DNA of 22,696 nucleotides from an uncultured bacterium (GTDB taxonomy: Bacteria > Zixibacteria > MSB-5A5 > JAABVY01 > JAHJOQ01): the NCBI GenBank assembly GCA_965369655.1, contig CBDUQR010000041.1, positions 1 through 22,696 on the forward strand, read 5' to 3'. Below the pieces are notes generated by a model. It made no database searches, was not told where the DNA came from, and was given only the letters and a program-made list of their open reading frames with translations. Within the stretch, counting starts at the first letter, position 1. Each line of letters opens with the position of its first letter. Position numbers and translations under genes: made by a program. Shown here one piece after another: positions 16,022-22,696 of the stretch.

Positions 16022-16930
16022 CTACTCAGTGAGTGGAATGACCAACCTACCAGGTTCGTTCACGGGCAGGTTGCCGATGAGAAGCGCCATGTCGCCACAG
16101 CCGGCTCCGGTCGGCTTGGCTCTGCCGCCGTGTTTGCGCGCCCACACGTCGAGTTCATCATGAACGGGCAACCAGTACTGAATCTTTGCCGCTTTTGCAC
16201 AATCACTCATGCGTGATACGAACAGATCGACGGCGTCGATCAACTCATCTGGAGGCGAGTCGAGCCAGAGCCGCGCAAGGTTGTCGGCTGACTCGATCAA
16301 CGAGGTAAGTCGGCGTTCTGCTTGCGCGCCGCCATCTTTCAGCCAATTCTCGAATTTCGTCACCATCTCGCGGGTGTCTGCGGGAACGCCTGTCCAGACA
16401 AGATTCAGGGTCGTCGAATGGCTGGAGTATTCGGCGACATTGATATCCACTCCTGACTCATCCCGCCTGAACAGAATCGGCTGTCTCAGAGCGCAGACGG
16501 CGACATCCGCACCGCTGCCGATTCCGCCCTGCACATGTCTGTGAATATGTTCAGCGTACGCGGCGACCTTCTCGATATTGTCATCCCACCTGAGTCCGGC
16601 CCGTTCAAATCTCAGCGCCACCACGCCGACAGCCTCAGCGGCTGAGAGGCCAAGCCCGAGTTTCGAGCGTGCGCCATCCGACTCGTGAAAAAACTGCGCA
16701 CTGTCGATTTCGAGTTTCAGTTCGCCATGATCTTTCTCGTACAGCTCCAATTCGGTTATCGGAAAGTCAACTGCGGCACGCACGATCTTCGTGTAGGCGT
16801 CCACATCGGCGCCAGAGGATTCGCGGGCTTCCAGATGTCTGGCAACTGGCAGCAGAGTCGCGGCGGCGCCGTGCAGTACAGCATATTCTCCCGACAGCAT
16901 CACTTTACCCGGTACACTGACTGATATCAT
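16022..16930 (-). CDS. Phosphomevalonate kinase (GHMP kinase, MvaK2-like)
   Basis: PGKVMLSGEYAVL, KLGLGLSAA, QGGIGSGADVA, KPTGAGCGD; ATG 16930 overlaps the mvaD stop (ATGA). Confidence 0.8.
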   Translation of the reverse strand: MISVSVPGKVMLSGEYAVLHGAAATLLPVARHLEARESSGADVDAYTKIVRAAVDFPITELELYEKDHGELKLEIDSAQFFHESDGARSKLGLGLSAAEAVGVVALRFERAGLRWDDNIEKVAAYAEHIHRHVQGGIGSGADVAVCALRQPILFRRDESGVDINVAEYSSHSTTLNLVWTGVPADTREMVTKFENWLKDGGAQAERRLTSLIESADNLARLWLDSPPDELIDAVDLFVSRMSDCAKAAKIQYWLPVHDELDVWARKHGGRAKPTGAGCGDMALLIGNLPVNEPGRLVIPLTE

Positions 16931-17898
16931 TCCCATTCGAGCACCTTGGATCCACCTGCCGGTTTTCCGATGAACGCCGAGTCGATTCCCGGCGCATTAC
17001 TAACTCGCTTCAGGACCCTGTCCAGATCACTCAGTCCGCACAGGAAGCAGACATTCGGACCCGCGTCGATTGTAGCATATGCGGCGATGCCGTCCGATCT
17101 GATCGCGCGCGCGAGTTCTATCAATCTCAATGTAGTTTCGTTCCAATACACTATCGACGGCCTCGTTGCGATCATACATGCGTGCATGGCGAGTGCGTTC
17201 GCCTCTGCGATCTCACCAACGACCTCGATGTCGAATTTGCGAAGTGCCGCGAGCATCGCTTTGTAGTCGCGCCTCGACTGATCGAGCCATGCCTTGAAAT
17301 AGGGAGAGTTTGTCTTGCAAAGCTTCATCGCCTCTCTCGATGAAATCTCTTTTTCGGATTTCCCTGCGATTGCGACGACCATTCCGAACTCGGCTCGATC
17401 CGGCGCGATGAGCAGCCTTGCCGCCGGATCGTTCCCTGTCGGCATAGCGGCTACCCCACCGACAATCGATCTTGCGGCTGAGCCGCTCCCGAGTCTGGCG
17501 AGACGGGACAGAGTCGATTCGCTGATGCTGGTTTCTGATAATTTGCCGAGCGCTGTTGCAAGAGCTGCGAAACCGGATGAACTCGATGCGAGTCCCGCAG
17601 CAGTCGGGAATTCGTTCGTTGATGATATTCTGACATGCCCTGTCAGCAGTCCTCTCTCTCTCCAGAGGTCGAGATAGTCCCTGATCCGCTGTGCGGCTAC
17701 TCTATCGGCGGACTTGCCATTCAATTCGATGCGATCGCGCTTTTCCCTGGTCTTGGTGACGACAGTCTCGGTGACGAGTGAATCGAGGGCAAGGGAAACC
17801 GATGATGTCGCCGGCAGGTTTCTAAGTTCATCCAGTTTGCCCCAGTATTTTATCAGTGCAATATTGGCGTAAGCTCGGGCCCTGACCCTGCGGATCAT
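16927..17898 (-). CDS. mvaD: Diphosphomevalonate decarboxylase
   Basis: ANIALIKYWGK, PTAAGLASSSSGFAA, RLGSGSAARS, TIDAGPN; ATGA overlap with the upstream gene. Confidence 0.93.
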   Translation of the reverse strand: MIRRVRARAYANIALIKYWGKLDELRNLPATSSVSLALDSLVTETVVTKTREKRDRIELNGKSADRVAAQRIRDYLDLWRERGLLTGHVRISSTNEFPTAAGLASSSSGFAALATALGKLSETSISESTLSRLARLGSGSAARSIVGGVAAMPTGNDPAARLLIAPDRAEFGMVVAIAGKSEKEISSREAMKLCKTNSPYFKAWLDQSRRDYKAMLAALRKFDIEVVGEIAEANALAMHACMIATRPSIVYWNETTLRLIELARAIRSDGIAAYATIDAGPNVCFLCGLSDLDRVLKRVSNAPGIDSAFIGKPAGGSKVLEWE

Positions 17899-20195
17899 AT
17901 TGTGGCTCCGAGAGTAAACGGGTAGATCAGCGCGAATTCACTGGAGAGCCGATCAAGCAATTCATACTGCATATCCGGCTCGACTACGGCCACTACCGCG
18001 CCGCCGCCACCTGCTCCGGTCAGTTTAGCGCCGAGCGCTCCGTTGTCGAGCAGGAGGTCAACAGCTTTGTCGAGTGTTCTCGTCGATATGCCAAGCTTTG
18101 CGAGAAGTGTATGGTTCTTTTCCATCAACCTGCCGCATTCCTTCGCGTCACCAGTGCCGAGAGCTATTCCGGCATCCACAGTGATATTGCCTATTTCGTC
18201 GAATATAGCATCCACCGTCTCAGGGTCGCGCTGGCGGTATCGTTTTACTTTTTCCACAAGCTCGATCGTACGCGCTCCCGGTTCCACAATGCAGACGATA
18301 CCGGCCATAGGTTTGGGCACGCGAATCGGCAGGATTTCTCTCGGCGGGCCTTTGCGGAACCAGATCACGCCGCCTGAGAGCACGGTAGCGGCATCCATGC
18401 CGCTCGGGTTGCCATGGAAAACCGATTCGAGCCGCTGAGCATCCTCGAACATGCGGCTGTTCCAATGGCTTTCAACATTGTTGCCTTTGTATTTTCTCAG
18501 GGCTTCGCAAAGTGCTACCGAAAATGAGGCAGATGATCCGAGGCCCATGCCGGGCACAAGATTCGACTCGACTTCGATAGCAATCGGTTCACTCTGTAAA
18601 CCGAAATGCTCGAGTGCGGCATCAGCGGCGCGTGAGAAGAGCCTGACGTCGCTGTCCGACGTCGGCACCGGAAACGCCTGCTTGAACTGCGGATTCAGGA
18701 ACCTCGGACCATGCGAATCGCTTTTGATCCTGACAGTCAGTCCGAGATCTATAGTCGTAATGATTCCAGGGTAGCCGTAAACAGTGGCGTGCTCGCCGAA
18801 CAGGACGACCTTGCCTTTTGCGAATGACTCGACAGGCAGATCGTGTTCTGGCTTCTCGACTACAGGCTGTCGGCACATTTTCCTGAATATCTCTTCAGCG
18901 GCCGATACTTTGACATCACCGCGTCTTATCATCTCCAGCGCGACCTTCTCGACATCATCCGGTGAGACTCCAACGCTCACAGCCACGCTTCTTGCATGCA
19001 GCGCCATGTGTCCCTTCTGGATGCCGACGGTGCAGAGCGCAAGGCAGGCCGCGAAATTCTGTGCCAGACCGACAGACGCCAGCAGGCCCGACAGCTCTCT
19101 GGAATTCTGTATACCGCTTATGGTCCTGAGAATCCTGACGCCGGGGTGAGAGTTGACCGCTCCGCCGACCCAGCCGACCTGGAGCGGGAGCTCAATCTCT
19201 CCCACGAGATTTTCGCCCTGTATTTCATATATGGCAAGCCCTCGATACTGACCGTCACGTGCCGCATAGGCATGTCCGCCAGCCTCGATGGCGCGCCAGT
19301 CCTGTCCAAGAGCAAGCGCCGCTGCGCCGATGCCGTTGAATATGCCCTTGTTATGGGTGGTTGCGCGGTACGGGTCGACTTCTGCGAATCTGCTGGCCTC
19401 GACCATTCTCTTTGCGACTTCGTGTCCCTGATCGGCGTCCGTTGATAGATGTTTCACGGGGAGACTGAACCTTGCGCGTGCGATTCGCCTGTCGGCGAAA
19501 TTGGACAGAATCCTGAGGTTGACGCGACCCCCCGTCAGTTTCTCGATAATCGGCCCGACCGCTTCGCACACGGTATTGACCGCATTCGCACCCATGGCTT
19601 CGCGGACGTCGCACAAGAGGTGGACTATCAGCATTCGGCCTATATCCCCACCGTCGAGAATACGGGTCTCGATATTCAGCACCCCGCCGCCTCGCGTCTT
19701 CATCTTTGGATCGGCGCTGTTTGCCGTATCCAGGATTTCATCTTTGTGATCGGACAATATGGCTGCGGCTTTTTCCGGGTCCTCCAGATCAAGCACCTGG
19801 ACCTGACCGATCATGATCGGATCGTCGACTGTCGAGTCGAATCCGCCCCCCTCCCGGATGAGCAATGCTCCCTTGGAGACGGCAGCGATGATCGAGGCTT
19901 CCTCGATTGCCATCGGGACAAGGTACTCCCTGCTGTCCACGACAAAATTCAGACCGAGGCCGAGCGGAAGACCAAACACTCCGACTGTGTTCTCAACCAT
20001 ATTCACGGCATGCTCTACTTTCAGGGCACTGCCGCCGCGCAATTGGGCTATTTGATCCTCTGTCAGATTGAATGCCCGAGCCAGAAACGCCAATCTTTGT
20101 TCTACCGATAGTCGATAAAATCCCGGGATTCGGGATGTTTTCCGATCCGGCGTGACGGTTACTTCGGTCTTCCTGACCAGTTTAGTCTTTTTCAT
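17895..20195 (-). CDS. Bifunctional class II HMG-CoA reductase / mevalonate kinase fusion
   Basis: HMGR part: SRIPGFY, ENTVG, EEASIIAA, EAMGAN, THNKGIFNG, GIQKGHMALH. MVK part: GKVVLFGEHATVYG, PGMGLGSSA, HGNPSGMD, KLTGAGGGG. Single frame, 766 aa from ATG 20195 (AAGAGG RBS). Confidence 0.92.
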   Translation of the reverse strand: MKKTKLVRKTEVTVTPDRKTSRIPGFYRLSVEQRLAFLARAFNLTEDQIAQLRGGSALKVEHAVNMVENTVGVFGLPLGLGLNFVVDSREYLVPMAIEEASIIAAVSKGALLIREGGGFDSTVDDPIMIGQVQVLDLEDPEKAAAILSDHKDEILDTANSADPKMKTRGGGVLNIETRILDGGDIGRMLIVHLLCDVREAMGANAVNTVCEAVGPIIEKLTGGRVNLRILSNFADRRIARARFSLPVKHLSTDADQGHEVAKRMVEASRFAEVDPYRATTHNKGIFNGIGAAALALGQDWRAIEAGGHAYAARDGQYRGLAIYEIQGENLVGEIELPLQVGWVGGAVNSHPGVRILRTISGIQNSRELSGLLASVGLAQNFAACLALCTVGIQKGHMALHARSVAVSVGVSPDDVEKVALEMIRRGDVKVSAAEEIFRKMCRQPVVEKPEHDLPVESFAKGKVVLFGEHATVYGYPGIITTIDLGLTVRIKSDSHGPRFLNPQFKQAFPVPTSDSDVRLFSRAADAALEHFGLQSEPIAIEVESNLVPGMGLGSSASFSVALCEALRKYKGNNVESHWNSRMFEDAQRLESVFHGNPSGMDAATVLSGGVIWFRKGPPREILPIRVPKPMAGIVCIVEPGARTIELVEKVKRYRQRDPETVDAIFDEIGNITVDAGIALGTGDAKECGRLMEKNHTLLAKLGISTRTLDKAVDLLLDNGALGAKLTGAGGGGAVVAVVEPDMQYELLDRLSSEFALIYPFTLGATI

Positions 20196-21288
20196 CGTTC
20201 CTCTTGATCCCTTCAGACCATCCATAGTACTGAAGCCATTCGCGAAGCTTCCCGGTGCATACATGTGGAGCTGTCGATAGTTGCTCTACGTTTACGGATC
20301 CGGTGAGAAGCATTGCGATTCTCAGTTCTTGTTTGATTCTGTCTATATACTCCGATGCACCGTCCGTTCCACCATCGAGAAACGATACCAGCACCGATCG
20401 TGCGAATCCTGCTATGTCCGCTCCGATGGCGATCGCACGGGCGGCATCCAGCCCGTTCTCGATCCCTCCCGAAGCGATAATTCGAGTCTGGTCGCCGCAG
20501 ACCTTCCGCGCGGCGATCACGCTGAACGCGGTCGGGATGCCCCAGTTGGAGAAAGTTCCGCCTATCCGCCTGAGAACACCCTGGTTTGCCCGGTACATTT
20601 CGACTTTGGTCCAGGATGTGCCCCCAGCTCCTGAAATATCGACGTACCTGACACCGAGAGATTTGAGTTTTTCTGCTGTCTGAGGCGATAGTCCTGCACC
20701 TGTTTCCTTGATTAGCACCCTGCCATGCATCTTCTCCATAAGATGCTCTATTGCGTTCATCAATCCCTTAAACCGGCGATGCCCTTCGCTCTGGACAAGT
20801 TCCTGCGCAGGGTTCAGATGCACACAGATGCCATCGGCCTCTATCCGGTCGACCAGATCGACAATTGTTTCGACCGGGTACTCCTCAAGTTGCACGGCCC
20901 CGATATTGCCGAGAAGCACGCCATCCGGGATATATTTTCGGACTGCGAAATGGTCGGAGACGTCAGGGTGTTTCAGCATAACTCTCTGGCTTCCGACAGC
21001 AAACGCGACGCCTTCTCTCGCGGCTGCCTGCGCAAGTCCCCGGTTCATTTCCTCGGAGAACTCCGCGCCCCCTGTCATACTCGTGATCATCAAAGGCGCA
21101 TCCAGAGTCTTGCCGAAGAAATCAGTCTTAAGATCGATCTCATCGAGGTCGAGTTCAGGCAGCGCCTGATGCAGAAGGTTGACGTCTTCGAGAAGCGTGC
21201 TGCCTGCGTGGACAACATCGTTGTCGGAGACAATCCGCAGGTGCTCGCTCTTGCGGCGTATAGTCTGGACCGCCGTGTTGTCGGTCAT
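20182..21288 (-). CDS. fni: Type 2 (FMN-dependent) isopentenyl-diphosphate isomerase
   Basis: RKSEH, ITSMTGG, VGSQR, HLNPAQE, KETGAG, GAGGTSW, WGIPT, ASGG. Start uncertain among several upstream ATGs up to 21333. Confidence 0.95.
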   Translation of the reverse strand: MTDNTAVQTIRRKSEHLRIVSDNDVVHAGSTLLEDVNLLHQALPELDLDEIDLKTDFFGKTLDAPLMITSMTGGAEFSEEMNRGLAQAAAREGVAFAVGSQRVMLKHPDVSDHFAVRKYIPDGVLLGNIGAVQLEEYPVETIVDLVDRIEADGICVHLNPAQELVQSEGHRRFKGLMNAIEHLMEKMHGRVLIKETGAGLSPQTAEKLKSLGVRYVDISGAGGTSWTKVEMYRANQGVLRRIGGTFSNWGIPTAFSVIAARKVCGDQTRIIASGGIENGLDAARAIAIGADIAGFARSVLVSFLDGGTDGASEYIDRIKQELRIAMLLTGSVNVEQLSTAPHVCTGKLREWLQYYGWSEGIKRNDEKD

Positions 21289-21413
21289 GTTTCTTTTCTT
21301 AGCTGCCATCAAGTCCATGTCCAATCGTCGCATCTGGGGCTGTATTGCCTCAAATTCTACGTGACAAGTCTCACCATGTTCCCAGAGGCGAAAGCCGCCT
21401 GCGACAGTTACGC

Positions 21414-21442
21414 AATATTTGGACCGAAAGTGGAATCGTCAA
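21414..21442 (-). promoter_or_regulatory. Putative sigma70 promoter of the mevalonate operon
   Basis: TTGACG (21442-21437)-N17-AATATT (21419-21414). Confidence 0.4.
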
Positions 21443-21519
21443 GTCTTTTATTTCCCGGAACCGCCTGCCGATCTATTTGTAGTTGACAGATAGTCAGACA
21501 TAGGGATCATATTACGGAT

Positions 21520-22491
21520 ATGTCACGAAAACGGATAACATCTATTATCGGGCTCCTGATGATGCTTGCGTTCGCGATTCTCGTGCTCGAAAGGCTCAGG
21601 CTGCCACATGATACACTACTTTGGCGCGAAATCCACGACTTTGGCCACACGCCGCTGTTCGGTATTATCGCGCTTATATACCTCGGATTGTCGCACACTG
21701 TGTTGAAAAAAATGGCGCCCAATTCGTTATGGCACTACGTGTTAGCGTTTCTGACGACTGTTGCGATAGGAGCAATCGCAGAGCTTAGCCAGATATTTCG
21801 GTCGAGAGACGCCGATGTCTGGGACTTGATAAGAGATATCGCTGGCGCATTAGGTTTTCTGGGATTGCACTGCTCAATACTCCGGGCGCGTACCTGCGAA
21901 ATAGCTCGGACAAAATTCCGTCGTTCGATTGTGGTGATAGTATCCATCGCAGTTCTGGTCGGTTCGGTTCTGCCTGTGACGATGTTAGGTATCGCGTACA
22001 AGAAAAGAGATGCAGCGTTTCCGGTTCTGTTGGATTATGAATCATGGTTCGAGAGCAGGTTCATCACAACTCAGAATGCTTCGCTCGATGTTGCAAAAGC
22101 TCCAAGTCATTTTTCTATTGCTTCCGGATCGCGTGTCGGCAGGCTTATTCTGTTCCCAGCGACATACTCCGGTTTCAGGATCGATGATCCGTATCCGGAC
22201 TGGTCAGGACATGATACTCTCCTGATAGACTTTTTCTCCGACGAGGATGCTATCATTCACCTGGTTCTGAGGATTGATGACCGACGTCACAATCAAAGCT
22301 ACGATGACCGCTTCAACTATTCGTTTCCAGTCCCACCGGGGATATCATCGATTCTTGTACCCCTTGATCGAATCAGGACTGCACCGGTGAAACGTGAGAT
22401 GCAGATGCAGGACATAGCAGCGATTCACATTTTTGCATTCGAAGCGACAGACACAGTGACACTATATATCGATGATATGAGACTGAAATGA
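21520..22491 (+). CDS. VanZ-like membrane protein with a C-terminal soluble beta-rich domain
   Basis: HDFGHTPLFG and ELSQIFRSRDADVWDLIRDIAG (VanZ-like), about 5 TM helices, then DWSGHDTLLIDF...LRIDD...LYIDDMRL. Confidence 0.75.
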   Translation: MSRKRITSIIGLLMMLAFAILVLERLRLPHDTLLWREIHDFGHTPLFGIIALIYLGLSHTVLKKMAPNSLWHYVLAFLTTVAIGAIAELSQIFRSRDADVWDLIRDIAGALGFLGLHCSILRARTCEIARTKFRRSIVVIVSIAVLVGSVLPVTMLGIAYKKRDAAFPVLLDYESWFESRFITTQNASLDVAKAPSHFSIASGSRVGRLILFPATYSGFRIDDPYPDWSGHDTLLIDFFSDEDAIIHLVLRIDDRRHNQSYDDRFNYSFPVPPGISSILVPLDRIRTAPVKREMQMQDIAAIHIFAFEATDTVTLYIDDMRLK

Positions 22492-22550
22492 CTTAATGGC
22501 TGAACGTTCCCTGCTGATCAGAGAGAAAGATTCTATTGTGCATCAGTCGA

Positions 22551-22652
22551 GTAGGGCAGAATCCGCGAAGTCCTGAGCCCTGCGAAGGGTAGTGAAGCGG
22601 AGTGATTCTGCCATTCAGGAAGAGCGGCAGAACCGCTAAGGGGTTCTGCCCT
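22551..22652. repeat. Inverted GTAG-tagged REP-like doublet with GA mini-hairpin insert
   Basis: GTAGGGCAGAATC...GATTCTGCC (22551-22612) containing GTCCTGAGCCCTGCGAAGGG; GGCAGAACC-gctaagg-GGTTCTGCCCT (22626-22652). Confidence 0.75.
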
Positions 22653-22696
22653 TGTATATTCTCTTCGTATTGGTTTATAATGGTTAAGGATCGGGA

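Noticed and set aside
3812-21486. Many long antisense or alternate-frame ORFs (e.g. 3812-4618, 9343-9972, 13777-14379, 19449-20111, 20725-21486)
   Set aside because: They are shadows of well-supported genes, as expected from codon bias in moderately GC-rich DNA.

Overview
Bacterial chromosomal segment; the lineage cannot be determined from the sequence alone. It contains an AGCS alanine/glycine symporter; a pckA-pfkA-glgP carbon/glycogen operon; a secreted prolyl oligopeptidase followed by a GT4-like glycosyltransferase; bioY; a divergent glycogen-synthase-like GT5; a DUF2089/SHOCT three-gene operon; a translationally coupled mevalonate operon (fni, an HMG-CoA reductase-mevalonate kinase FUSION, mvaD, PMK; no HMG-CoA synthase); and a VanZ-domain membrane protein. 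The most unusual item is a 173-aa protein (15446-15967, -) that appears to join a stand-alone RelA/SpoT zinc-finger (RIS/ZFD, ribosome-contacting) domain to a DUF2250-like winged helix and has a candidate near-leaderless promoter. Intergenic DNA holds GTAG/GTGG-tagged REP-like palindromes whose loops carry 0-2 copies of a strand-specific tandem-GA mini-hairpin, and a 235-bp MITE with a 4-bp target duplication. The left edge has a frameshifted TM + coiled-coil gene with 42-nt repeats. Family assignments come from motif recognition by eye, not database searches.
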